A stretch of 64,000 nt of DNA, from NCBI GenBank assembly GCA_049523215.1, contig JBEKNC010000002.1, forward strand, positions 127,963 to 191,962, given 5' to 3'. The position numbers were made by a program, and so were the translations under genes. Within the stretch, counting starts at the first letter, position 1. Every line of letters begins with the position of its first letter. Below the pieces are notes generated by a model that made no database searches, was not told the DNA's origin, and worked only from the letters and a program-made list of their open reading frames with translations. This document shows, one piece after another, positions 1 through 10,499 of the stretch. This DNA comes from Bacteroidota bacterium. GTDB taxonomy: Bacteria; Bacteroidota; Ignavibacteria; UBA10030.

Positions 1-74
1 CCATGGGTGTCATGTCGATGCGAGTGCCGAGTCTTTTCTTTTTATGTTTTGGCATAACGTGTCACCTTTCCCGG

Positions 75-809
75 TTACTTCTTATGCGGTCTGCGTGAAG
101 TTAATGATTGAATTATGGAATAGCTTGCTTCGTCAATCATATAGGTGAAGTTGTCGATTTTCGTGACAAAGAAATTGTATGCAACGATGCCACCGATACC
201 GGCAACAAGACCGCCAGCGGTGTTAATAAGCGCTTCGGAGATACCAAGAGCAAGCTGAATGGCATCCGGTGCACCGGAGCGCGACATAGCTTGGAATGCA
301 CGGATCATACCGATAACTGTTCCCAGCAACCCCACCATCGTTCCGATTGAGGCAATCGTGGACATCATGGACAAATTACGTTCCAACATGGGAATTTCGA
401 GCATAGTCGCTTCTTCAATAGAGCGCTGGATACTTTCCATCAACTCTTTTTGCCCTTTAACATCGCCTTCTTCAACAATCATCTTGTACCGTTCCAAACC
501 GGCGTGGAGAACGTTGGCACAGGAACCGCGCTGCTTATCGCATGCAGCGAGTGCTATATCGATATCGCCTGCATTGACGGCTTGCTGTACGTTCTTCAAA
601 AAAACTGTCATATTGCCTCTCCCATTTGCTTTCTTCAAGGTAAGCATGCGTTCTATAATAACAGCGATCAGTATGATCACAAGTGCGATAAGGCCAATAA
701 CGAGAGGACCACCATCTTTAATGAATGTTGGTAATGTAAATTCGAAAATTATCCAACCAACAATGAAAGCTAGGACAATAACGATTGCATTAAACGTTGA
801 AGTCTTCAT
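75..809 (-). CDS. MotA/TolQ/ExbB family proton-channel protein
   Basis: 244 aa with 3 predicted TM helices. The C-terminal half matches the conserved MotA/TolQ/ExbB channel core (…SIASIGTMVGLLGTVIGMIRAF…ALINTAGGLVAGI…). Confidence 0.8.
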   Translation of the reverse strand: MKTSTFNAIVIVLAFIVGWIIFEFTLPTFIKDGGPLVIGLIALVIILIAVIIERMLTLKKANGRGNMTVFLKNVQQAVNAGDIDIALAACDKQRGSCANVLHAGLERYKMIVEEGDVKGQKELMESIQRSIEEATMLEIPMLERNLSMMSTIASIGTMVGLLGTVIGMIRAFQAMSRSGAPDAIQLALGISEALINTAGGLVAGIGGIVAYNFFVTKIDNFTYMIDEASYSIIQSLTSRRPHKK

Positions 810-855
810 GAAACTTGCTCCTGATTATGTGAAATTGGATTAGTATATGTATGAT

Positions 856-1203
856 TTACTTTTTAAGACTATTTATTGCTTTATCGCGATCTTCTTCAAC
901 ATCAAAAACACCTGTGAGCTTTGTAATAACAAATACATTCTGAACACCTTTGGCGACATTGCACAGTTTAATCTGGCCGCTAACTTTCTGGTACATCGAG
1001 TGAATGCCAACAAGCGCGCCAAGACCGGAGCTATTGATATATGAAATACCGCCAAGATCCAACACAAGCTTTTTGTTCCCTTGCTCAATCAGATCTTTCG
1101 CTTTTGCCTTCAACTCGTCTGTCTCTTCACCGCCAATGAGCGAACCACGCGGCTCTAACACGGCTATATCAAGATTATTGAGTGTGGTAAGTTTTGTTGA
1201 CAT
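856..1203 (-). CDS. STAS-domain anti-sigma-factor antagonist (SpoIIAA-like)
   Basis: 115 aa. The pattern …LVLDLGGISYINSSGLGALVG… is typical of STAS / anti-anti-sigma proteins. Confidence 0.7.
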   Translation of the reverse strand: MSTKLTTLNNLDIAVLEPRGSLIGGEETDELKAKAKDLIEQGNKKLVLDLGGISYINSSGLGALVGIHSMYQKVSGQIKLCNVAKGVQNVFVITKLTGVFDVEEDRDKAINSLKK

Positions 1204-1441
1204 AGTGTTTCCTCGACATCTTTCGGTTCAATGAACACATCTCTTGCATATCTATCACATTCGGTACCACAAATTTCTGGTACTTTGCGGCTTATTTAAC
1301 ATAAAATCTGCACTTTGAGATTATCAAAAAAGAAGGATTGGGGAATAATTCTTCATGAAAAACAAGAGAACAGCAGGAAAGAAGAAAATTACAGGTATTT
1401 ACTCGGAAAAAGGTTGGGGAATAATTCCCCGCATGTCGAGG

Positions 1442-2764
1442 CTACAACCCAAATTTCTTTCGCTTGTTGAGCAGTGTTTTTCGGTCAACTCCAAGAATAT
1501 GAGCTGCTTCGTCATAATCCTTTGCAATTTGCAGGACTTTTTTAATCTGAACCTTTTCGGCTTCTTCTAATGAAAGTGCTTTGAGTTCAGAAGCAGTGCG
1601 GATTTCTTCCGGCAGATGGTTCATTTCAATGACACCATTCGCCGAGAGAAGCGCTGCACGTTCAATAACATTTTCCAATTCTCGAACATTACCGCTCCAT
1701 CGGTACACTTTTAATGCTTTGTCGGCGTCTGGCGTTATTTCGATATTCTTTTCTTTGGAAAATTTTTTTAGAAAATGATGAATAAGGAACGGTACATCTT
1801 CCGGACGTTCACGAAGCGGCGGCAATTTGATGCGAACACCATTTAAGCGATAAAAGAGATCCTCACGGAAACTTCCTTCTTTCAACGCTTCGTCTAGATT
1901 GCGATTCGTAGCAGAGATGACCCGCACATCTACTTTGCGTGTGACATTTTCACCGACACGCTCGAAATCTTTTGTTTGCAGTACGCGCAACAATTTGGAT
2001 TGGATGGAGGAAGGAAGCTCTCCAATTTCATCTAAAAAGATCGTTCCGCCATCTGCCATCTCAAACCGACCTTGACGATCTTTCAATGCACCGGTGAACG
2101 CTCCGCGAACATGACCAAAAAGTTCGCTTTCTAAAAGTTGCTCAGGAATGGCTGCACAATTCACTTTGACAAATTGCTTCTCTGCGCGATCGCTCTTCCG
2201 ATGAATATAGTGTGCTACCAACTCTTTTCCTGTCCCACTTTCACCTTCGATGAGAATACTGATTGAGCTTTCAGCAACACGCGCAGCAAGATCAAGCAGC
2301 TCGATCATTGCGCGATTACGCGTGACAATATCTCCGCTGCCTTGTATCGAAGCAAGTTCCTCACGAAGTTCTGCCATCTCATGGACGAGTTGATGGTGTT
2401 CGAACACTTTCCGCGTAAACAACTTCAGTTCCTCAAAATCGAACGGCTTCTGCAGATAATCATAAGCACCTTTTTTGATCGCAACGACAGCCGAATCGAT
2501 GGAACCGTGAGCCGTCATAATAATAACTGTTGTACCCGGTGAGTATTGCTTGATCTCCGAAAGGACTTCTATTCCATCCATCGGCGACATTTTCAGATCA
2601 ACAAAAGCAACATCAAATCTATTCTGCTGGAGTAATTGTAATACTTCCTGCGGTTTCGAGCAAAGAGTTGCTCCGATGCCGATAGATTCTAAACAGATGC
2701 CAATAGTATTGAGAATGTTTTTTTCGTCGTCAACGACAAGCGCTTTAGGTTTTTTTTGCTGCAT
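1442..2764 (-). CDS. sigma-54-dependent two-component response regulator (NtrC/Fis family)
   Basis: N-terminal receiver domain (VVDDE…D54-like). AAA+ sigma-54 activator core with GESGTGKE, the GAFTGA motif (written GAFTGA here) and the ESELFGH/VRELEN blocks. C-terminal Fis-type helix-turn-helix. Confidence 0.9.
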   Translation of the reverse strand: MQQKKPKALVVDDEKNILNTIGICLESIGIGATLCSKPQEVLQLLQQNRFDVAFVDLKMSPMDGIEVLSEIKQYSPGTTVIIMTAHGSIDSAVVAIKKGAYDYLQKPFDFEELKLFTRKVFEHHQLVHEMAELREELASIQGSGDIVTRNRAMIELLDLAARVAESSISILIEGESGTGKELVAHYIHRKSDRAEKQFVKVNCAAIPEQLLESELFGHVRGAFTGALKDRQGRFEMADGGTIFLDEIGELPSSIQSKLLRVLQTKDFERVGENVTRKVDVRVISATNRNLDEALKEGSFREDLFYRLNGVRIKLPPLRERPEDVPFLIHHFLKKFSKEKNIEITPDADKALKVYRWSGNVRELENVIERAALLSANGVIEMNHLPEEIRTASELKALSLEEAEKVQIKKVLQIAKDYDEAAHILGVDRKTLLNKRKKFGL

Positions 2765-2769
2765 ATTCT

Positions 2770-4629
2770 TTATGTCTCGCTCTGATTTCCTGCAGGAAGA
2801 GTAAAGAAAAATGTACTTCCAACACCTACGGTACTTTCAAGCCAAATTCGTCCTCCATGAGCTTCTACTACTTCGCGCGCAATCGCTAATCCTAAACCAA
2901 CACTGCCCGGGGTCGTTTCCGTTGGACTTTTTACCTGAACAAACTTATCGAATACAGTCTCTTGATGCTCACGTGGAATTCCATGTCCCGTATCGGAAAC
3001 CGTCACCAACAGTCTATCTTCCTCTTCCTGCGCTGCTAAATGAACGCTTCCTCCCGGATCGGTAAATCGAAGTGCATTACTTAAGAGGTTCGTCACCACC
3101 CAAATGAGTTGATGGGGATCGGCAAAGAGAGCAGGCAATCGTTCTGGCACATCAAATTCCAGTTGAATTTGTTTTTCTTCGAATGGAAGACGCAGCGGTT
3201 GTACTGCCTCAGCGACAAGTCTGCGAAAATCGATAAATTCCTTTTTCATCTCGTACTTCCCTGATTCGAGCTTGGAAAGATCCAGCAAACCTTTTACTAA
3301 TTTCCGCAGCCGTTCTGAATCATCTTTCGCAGCAATAAGAAGTTCCCTCTGACGCTGATTCACCGCCCCCACAACTCCTTGTGAAAGGATATCGATTCCC
3401 ATACTTAATGAAGTCAGAGGTGTGCGAAGTTCATGCGAAACCGTTGCAATAAACTCGGATTTCATTCGATCAAGGTCTTTAAATCGGGTTACATCCTGCA
3501 AGAGAGTCACGACTCCTTGAATATTCCCCTGATCGTCTACAATTTGCGCTTGGCGCGGTCTGAAGTATAGGGTCACATTATTGCGGACAAATGCAAAGAG
3601 CGGATCGCGGTTTTCCTCCTCATAGCGCTGCACACCATTCAATTCTAGCATTTCAGCCCAACTCTGATTACCAATAACTTCACGCAACGGTTTCGACTGC
3701 CAATTCGATCCGTGGACATCGAATACCGTCGCAGCCGCTTGATTCATAAGCATGAGAGATCCCTGTCGATCCGTCACGATCACCGGATCTGCAATACTTT
3801 CAACGATGGTTTCCGATTTTTTCTTCTCAGCGATGAGCTGATGGATATTCATCTGTTCGTACGCTCTCAGCCGCTCCGTCATCTTGTTAAATTCGCGGCC
3901 CAGCTCGCCGATCTCATCATCTGTATTAACATCGATTTTCTGGTTAAGTTGTCCTTCACTAATCCTGCGAACAGATTGAGTTAACTTTTCTGCAGGTCGT
4001 AGAATGGTTTTTGAAAATCGTGCGCTTGTAAAAATGCTCATAAATACAGCAACAAGAGAAATCGTAATAACGGTCAGCGTGGCATCATTTGCGGTTTGAT
4101 TCAATCTCTCTTCTGTGCGAGTCATTGCTATTTGATTGATTTCAAGATACTCAAAACAGTTTTCTTTTAAAGAATCAGCAACCGGCTTGATCACCCTGGA
4201 TTTGAAATTAGATGCAACACTGGACTGACCTTTAATTTGCAGCAAACGGTACAGCGAATCGGAAAATTGATTGTATCGATGATAATCCTGCGTGATCCGA
4301 TCCAACACGACTTTTTCGCGTTCGTCGAGGCCTCCTCGCTTCGCTTTATCCAGCCACCCGATAAAACCGACCCGATTCGTGTTGAATCGAACATAGGCAA
4401 GATCAAGATCAATATCTTGAAGCAGCATCGAGAGCTGTGCATTCTCCTGACGCTCAAGAGCTTTGAACATATTCTGTGCGGCAGACACGCTTTCATAATT
4501 ATCACGCAACACTAACCCGAAAGTATCACGCAAACGTGAAAAATTATAGACTGCAAAGGCACTCGTAGCCAAGCCAATGACAACTATAACGAAATAGTAA
4601 AACCCAATTTTATATCGGAGACTTGTCAC
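2770..4629 (-). CDS. sensor histidine kinase (TM, HAMP, PAS, HisKA, HATPase_c)
   Basis: HisKA H-box (ATVSHELRTPLTS) and the N, G1 and G2 boxes of the ATPase domain (…NLLSNALRFT…DTGHGIP…GLGLAIA…). It lies immediately upstream of the NtrC-like regulator. The ORF-track reading frame opens with TTG at 4719 and has no ATG before the first TM helix. I placed the start at the GTG in front of that helix, so the start is uncertain. Confidence 0.8.
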   Translation of the reverse strand: MTSLRYKIGFYYFVIVVIGLATSAFAVYNFSRLRDTFGLVLRDNYESVSAAQNMFKALERQENAQLSMLLQDIDLDLAYVRFNTNRVGFIGWLDKAKRGGLDEREKVVLDRITQDYHRYNQFSDSLYRLLQIKGQSSVASNFKSRVIKPVADSLKENCFEYLEINQIAMTRTEERLNQTANDATLTVITISLVAVFMSIFTSARFSKTILRPAEKLTQSVRRISEGQLNQKIDVNTDDEIGELGREFNKMTERLRAYEQMNIHQLIAEKKKSETIVESIADPVIVTDRQGSLMLMNQAAATVFDVHGSNWQSKPLREVIGNQSWAEMLELNGVQRYEEENRDPLFAFVRNNVTLYFRPRQAQIVDDQGNIQGVVTLLQDVTRFKDLDRMKSEFIATVSHELRTPLTSLSMGIDILSQGVVGAVNQRQRELLIAAKDDSERLRKLVKGLLDLSKLESGKYEMKKEFIDFRRLVAEAVQPLRLPFEEKQIQLEFDVPERLPALFADPHQLIWVVTNLLSNALRFTDPGGSVHLAAQEEEDRLLVTVSDTGHGIPREHQETVFDKFVQVKSPTETTPGSVGLGLAIAREVVEAHGGRIWLESTVGVGSTFFFTLPAGNQSET

Positions 4630-5046
4630 AGAAAAAAGGTATCGTAATTTCGAAGGAAAGGCAAGGTTATACCTCTGGAAGGAATAACAGAAAAATATCT
4701 GGCACCTCCCCGCGGGCAAACCATAGAAGGTGTATGATATTTATGGGGTCTTGCGATTGAATGGAATACTCATTACCATTTTCGCAGGTGCTTGCCCGCC
4801 GAATACTTAGATTGTCGCCTACCTGCCCGCCAGACAAGCGTCGGGCTGGCCACAGAAAGGAAGGATGGCGGGATTCTTCTGCGTTTTGATATTGATATGG
4901 TACCAGGCATTTCGCTGTATAGGATTCCTGATGTTTGGTTTCAGTTACAAAGAATAAAAACGCAGTACTGCATTTTTACAAATGTTATGTGAAACATCTC
5001 TCGCATATATGATGACCGAACGAATCAATACCGTTGTGTATGCACC

Positions 5047-5844
5047 ATGAGTACAAAACCTAACTTTTCTCTGCGTAAGTGGTATCTCGACTGCGTCGCC
5101 GACAATGGTGATACATTTATCGGATATTCCGGGGCACTGCATTGGAAAGCATTGACAATTAATTACTCCAGCACCATAAGCACGCGCGGGAATTCGGGAA
5201 CGAGAACGAAAACATCATTACGAGAAGTTCTTTCCCCGCAGATAAGCGATCGACGAATTGACTGGTCGTCGAAGGCGTTGAACCTCGTCGGGACATGGGC
5301 GCTGATGTCCGAACCGATTCAACGACAATTGTATGATTCACCCGAAGGAACAGTGACGTGGTCGTGTGTACATCCTCGATCGAAGGCTGACATCTCATTG
5401 GGACCGAAAGAGCATATTGCAGGTCTTGGGTACGCGGAACTGCTGGAGCTCACCGTCAAACCGTGGCAATTACCCATTGCGGAATTACGATGGGGGAGAT
5501 TTCTTTCCGAGAGTGATGTATTGGTATGGATCGAGTGGCGGGGCGCCGCACCACTTTCAATCGTATTCCTCAACGGGAAGCAAATTCGGAATGCCTCTAT
5601 CAGCGATGAGCAAGTTGCAATCGATGAAGATCGGACCGTGCTCACTCTCACTGAGAAAACAGAATTGCGTAAAGGCGTTCTCGTATCAACCGCACTCTCT
5701 GCGATTCCAGGAATTGCAGCAATTGTTCCCGCCCGCATGCTTCACACCTACGAATGCAAATGGAGAAGCAGAGGTGTTCTATCCACAAACGGCTCTTTGT
5801 GCAGCTCCGGCTGGGTCATTCACGAAATTGTAAGGTTCCCATGA
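5047..5844 (+). CDS. hypothetical protein (possibly a CrtC/AttH-like hydratase-fold protein; not verified)
   Basis: 265-aa ORF with no signal peptide. Its stop overlaps the start of the next gene as ATGA, which suggests translational coupling. I do not recognise the family with confidence. Confidence 0.45.
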   Translation: MSTKPNFSLRKWYLDCVADNGDTFIGYSGALHWKALTINYSSTISTRGNSGTRTKTSLREVLSPQISDRRIDWSSKALNLVGTWALMSEPIQRQLYDSPEGTVTWSCVHPRSKADISLGPKEHIAGLGYAELLELTVKPWQLPIAELRWGRFLSESDVLVWIEWRGAAPLSIVFLNGKQIRNASISDEQVAIDEDRTVLTLTEKTELRKGVLVSTALSAIPGIAAIVPARMLHTYECKWRSRGVLSTNGSLCSSGWVIHEIVRFP

Positions 5845-7778
5845 CTATGACGCGCACTGCCCAAGCGGCTGGAAAGTTTTTATACGGATTCATGTTCGTC
5901 GTCATAATTCCGCCCCTTCTTTTTGTGTGGGCAAGATCGACTGAAGACGTCGTACACGTACCGATTGCCGGCTCTTTTTCACTCGGTGTTGCCTTCACGT
6001 TGATCGGCTTCGCTACAATGATAGCTGGGATGGTAACACTTTACCGTCTTGGGGGCGGACTTCCGATGAATGCTTATCCCCCGCCCAGATATGTAACTCG
6101 TGGAATCTATAAGCTCTTACCACATCCCATCTACGTTGGATTTTCACTCGCGTGTATAGGCATATCGATGGCGTGTCGATCATCGAGTGGCCTCTGGCTC
6201 GTCTCACCGATTGTTGCACTCGGTTGCTTGGCTCTTGTTCAAGGATTTGAGAAGCATGATCTTATTAGGCGGTTTGGTTCACCGTTGCCCAGGACACTGA
6301 TCAGCCTTCCCTCGGACGAATCTAGAGCTCCTCTCCCTTGGGAGCGGTTATCCGTTTATCTACTTGTATTACTCCCATGGCTTGTATTGTATGAGTCCGT
6401 CGTAGCATTCGGGATTTCTCCAGATGCAATGATTGCGTATTTCCCTTTCGAAAAGAATTTACCAGTGTACGAATGGACAGAGATATTCTATGGAAGCACA
6501 TATCTTTTTGTTTTCCTAGTTCCTCTTGTCGCCACTTCTGCACGCGATCTTCGAGAATTTGCTATTGCCGGAATTACAGCAACAGTTCTGATCACACTCC
6601 TCTTCCTGGTTATTCCTATTGTCTCACCACCGAGAGAGTTTGTACCTCAGAGCATTTTCGGATCAATCCTGATATGGGAACGTGCGCTTGATGCCCCGGT
6701 TGCAGCTTTCCCATCGTTCCACGTTATCTGGGCTTTCCTTGCGGCTCGTCTCTATTCAAGGGCGATTCCTTCGTCGAAGATACTCTGGTGGTCTCTAGCT
6801 CTATTGATTTCCGTAAGCTGTATAACCACGGGTATGCATGCCATGATCGATGTTCTTGCGGGGGCGCTTGTTGTTCCGCTGGTTCTCCATATCAGTGCAC
6901 TGTGGGAAAAGCTACGATCTCTAGCAGAACGCATTGCAAACTCTTGGAAGGAGTGGCAAATCGGCCGGGTACGCATCATCAATCACGGAGTGTATGCGGC
7001 TGCTGGAACTTCGATTGGACTATTGATCATTGGTACTCTTCTCGGGCCCGGATCGGTGAGTCCCATGTTGATAATCGCATTTTCCTCTCTCATCGCGGCG
7101 GCATTGTGGGCTCAGTTCATTGAGGGCTCTCCAAGTTTGCTGCGCCCATACGGATTCTACGGGGGAGTTATCGGGGTCATTCTTGGTTCACTGATTGCTA
7201 AACTATTCGGCGGTAATATCTGGCAACTGCTTGGGGCGTACGCTGTTGCAGGGCCGATCATTCAGTCTGCTGGCAGGTTTCGGTGTTTCGTGCAAGGCTG
7301 CTGCCATGGACGCGAAGCGTCCAAGAATATCGGAATACGATATACGCATCCCCGAAGCCGGGTGTGTCGTCTTGCCAATCTGAACAACGTTCCTATTCAC
7401 CCTACACCGCTCTATTCGATACTTTGGAATGTATTTACAGTAATAATTCTCGCTCGGCTCTGGTCTCTTCACGGCTCCCTCACCCTTATCGCTGGGTTGT
7501 ATCTAATTTTAAATGGCCTTGGAAGATTTGTTGAGGAAGCATATCGTGGCGAACCGCAGACGCCTATTATTGGGCGACTGCGTTTATACCAATGGATTGC
7601 GGTTGCTAGTGTAGTCTCCGGTGCTGTTCTCACAACAGTGAGTACATCTTCGGCTATACCGAACTGGCAATTTAGCTGGATCGCCGTTGGTGCTGCTGCA
7701 GGATTCGGTTCCTTGACATGGTTTGCACTTGGAGTGGATTTTCCAAATTCTAACACGCGGTTTGCCAGACTTGTCTGA
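5841..7778 (+). CDS. polytopic membrane protein fusing three domains: ICMT/PEMT-like methyltransferase, PAP2 phosphatase-like, Lgt-like diacylglyceryl-transferase-like
   Basis: The N-terminus carries the isoprenylcysteine/phospholipid methyltransferase motif (YVTRGIYKLLPHPIYVGFSL). The middle carries PAP2-like PSFH…GMHAMIDVLAG motifs. The C-terminus carries the Lgt-like GRFRCFVQGCCHG…HPTPLYS motifs. The whole protein is multi-TM. I chose the start at the MTMTRT methionine, because the longer ORF-track start overlaps the upstream gene. Confidence 0.65.
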   Translation: MTMTRTAQAAGKFLYGFMFVVIIPPLLFVWARSTEDVVHVPIAGSFSLGVAFTLIGFATMIAGMVTLYRLGGGLPMNAYPPPRYVTRGIYKLLPHPIYVGFSLACIGISMACRSSSGLWLVSPIVALGCLALVQGFEKHDLIRRFGSPLPRTLISLPSDESRAPLPWERLSVYLLVLLPWLVLYESVVAFGISPDAMIAYFPFEKNLPVYEWTEIFYGSTYLFVFLVPLVATSARDLREFAIAGITATVLITLLFLVIPIVSPPREFVPQSIFGSILIWERALDAPVAAFPSFHVIWAFLAARLYSRAIPSSKILWWSLALLISVSCITTGMHAMIDVLAGALVVPLVLHISALWEKLRSLAERIANSWKEWQIGRVRIINHGVYAAAGTSIGLLIIGTLLGPGSVSPMLIIAFSSLIAAALWAQFIEGSPSLLRPYGFYGGVIGVILGSLIAKLFGGNIWQLLGAYAVAGPIIQSAGRFRCFVQGCCHGREASKNIGIRYTHPRSRVCRLANLNNVPIHPTPLYSILWNVFTVIILARLWSLHGSLTLIAGLYLILNGLGRFVEEAYRGEPQTPIIGRLRLYQWIAVASVVSGAVLTTVSTSSAIPNWQFSWIAVGAAAGFGSLTWFALGVDFPNSNTRFARLV

Positions 7779-7811
7779 AGAAGAATGTGTCTATGAGATT
7801 AAGAGATGCTT

Positions 7812-7901
7812 CACATAACAAACAGCCTTACGACGCTCGCTCAAGCCGTTTGGCACAGAAGAAATTGAATTGTTCATAGCGCCAAACGGCACTGCGTAAG
7901 G
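7812..7901 (+). repeat. degenerate attC-like inverted-repeat element, left boundary of a lone cassette
   Basis: The 7-mer CATAAC…GCTCAAGCC…GCCGTTTGGC / GCCAAACGGC…CTGCGTAAGGC shares blocks with the attC-like family at 17.9 kb (GCATAACC…GCTCAAGC…GCAGCTTAGCGCC…ATTAGGC). Confidence 0.4.
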
Positions 7902-7962
7902 CTCCTGACATTATACGCAAGCAGAAGCAGGATTGCCCCATTAATTTACATGATTTTTTTTA

Positions 7963-9123
7963 ATGATGACCCCACAAAATATTAAAAATATAGCAGACCA
8001 ATTTGAAACTCCTTTATATATTTATGATGCTGATAATATTAAAGAAAATCTTTCAGCTATTTTAAAATATCTATATTATAAAAAATCTAGGGTTTATTTT
8101 GCAGTTATGTGCAATAACCAACTTGAAATTTTGAAAATTATAAAAAATTTAGGTTTAGGAGCTCAAGTAAATTCAGAATATGAATTAGAAATAGTGAAAA
8201 AAGCGGGGTTTAATTCTTCAGATATTTCATTTAGTTCTACTGGAATTAGCACGGAGTTAATGAGAAAACTTATTGAAGCAAACATAGAGGTTAACTTAGA
8301 TTCTGCCGAGGAAGTAGAAAAATTTTGTGCACTTACTAGGAATAAAACCTTTGGTATAAGAGTTAAGATTCCCAAAATTATTAAGATTCATTCTGACGAA
8401 GCCACCAATATTTTTTTAAATTCAAATATGGGAATTAATGAGAAAGATTTTTACAAAATAAAAACAACCGCTTTTAGGACGGGGAATAGAATTGTAGGTG
8501 TTCATGGATATTTCGCTTCTAATATTCTTAATACAAAGCCTTTTATTGAATTTGGAGACTTTTTAGCAAAGAAAGCAATTTCGTTTCCAGACTTGAAATA
8601 TATCAACTTTGGTAGCGGTTTTGGAGTGAGATATTTAGAAAAGGATAAAGATTTTAATTTTAAAAAAGTTCTGAATTATTACTCAACTCTAAGCGATGGA
8701 TTATCCAAGAAATTTCAGAGAGAAATAATTATCAAAATTGAACCAGGAAGATCTATTTTGGCAAGTTCTGGCACTTTATTAGTAAGGGTTACAAATATAA
8801 AAAAACTGAACCCTAAAAAATCGGAAATTTCTGTTAATGCTGGTTTTGCAGAACTTGCAAGACCGAGAACTTACAACTCTTATCACAAAATTGAAAATTT
8901 AGAAAAAACAGGGAGAATAAAAAGAGTTTATGACATAAGAGGAAATACCGTTCTGCAAAATGATTTTTTGGGACGAAATAGAATATTAGAAGACGTTAAG
9001 GAGGACGATTTTCTTCTGATAAAAAATGTTGGGGCTTATGGAAGTGTAATGGCTTCTGGATTCCCTGGAAAAAGACTTCCCAAGCAAATATTAATAAATA
9101 AAAATCAGATTAAAGAAATATAG
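7963..9123 (+). CDS. Orn/DAP/Arg decarboxylase-family (fold-type III PLP) homolog whose Schiff-base lysine is replaced by Met; likely a pseudoenzyme or divergent enzyme
   Basis: The family signature [FY]-[PA]-x-K-[SACV]-[NHC]… is matched by FAVMCNNQLEILKIIKNLG, except that K is M. The Gly-rich NFGSGFGV and the EPGRS motifs are present. The gene is strongly AT-rich relative to its flanks. Confidence 0.7.
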   Translation: MMTPQNIKNIADQFETPLYIYDADNIKENLSAILKYLYYKKSRVYFAVMCNNQLEILKIIKNLGLGAQVNSEYELEIVKKAGFNSSDISFSSTGISTELMRKLIEANIEVNLDSAEEVEKFCALTRNKTFGIRVKIPKIIKIHSDEATNIFLNSNMGINEKDFYKIKTTAFRTGNRIVGVHGYFASNILNTKPFIEFGDFLAKKAISFPDLKYINFGSGFGVRYLEKDKDFNFKKVLNYYSTLSDGLSKKFQREIIIKIEPGRSILASSGTLLVRVTNIKKLNPKKSEISVNAGFAELARPRTYNSYHKIENLEKTGRIKRVYDIRGNTVLQNDFLGRNRILEDVKEDDFLLIKNVGAYGSVMASGFPGKRLPKQILINKNQIKEI

Positions 9124-9139
9124 GACAATGCACTGCCGA

Positions 9140-9275
9140 CTTCTGACTGCGTATGACACGGCGTATCTGGCTACACTTTAGTCCAATCGAGACACTAATC
9201 TAATCAAGGATTCAAGACGTTCCGCGAATATTTGCCTTCGCTTCGGCAAACATCAGATACGCCGAAACGTTATGG
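9140..9275 (+). repeat. degenerate attC-like element, right boundary of the decarboxylase-like cassette
   Basis: Imperfect inverted repeat CGGCGTATCTG … CAGATACGCCG. It ends …CGCCGAAACGTTATGGGC, which resembles …GCGCCGATCCGTTAGGC of the attC family. Confidence 0.35.
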
Positions 9276-9495
9276 GCAATTGCCCGTGAAAAACAATTGA
9301 AGAATAGGCATCGAGAATGGAAAATCAATTTGATTAAATCTGTTAATCCGGAGATGAATAATTTGAGCGATGAAGTGCTTGGATAATGAATAGATTCTCT
9401 GCCTGCGACAGGCCTGCCTAAGTTCTTTGAACGTCGGCGAGCAGGCGAACAATCGACCGCGCAAGAATCGCTTGTTCACTCTGATAGCATTAGTA

Positions 9496-10494
<999 letters not shown>

Positions 10495-10499
10495 TTAAC

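Noticed and set aside
259-843. Long antisense ORFs inside well-supported genes (for example 259-843, 10710-11513, 24233-24916, 25890-26417, 53546-53917, 48986-49498)
   Set aside because: These are shadow ORFs on the opposite strand of genes with strong family matches. They were not reported as features.
1204-1330. A sigma-54 promoter for the STAS gene, expected next to the NtrC-like activator
   Set aside because: Candidate TGGTAC…TTGCG elements have the wrong GG-GC spacing. No convincing -24/-12 match could be read by eye.
5319-5833. Overlapping ORFs 5319-5738 (minus strand) and 5366-5833 (plus strand) within the 5047-5844 gene
   Set aside because: They are alternative frames of the same region. 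The 5047-5844 frame is co-directional and translationally coupled with the downstream gene, so it is preferred.
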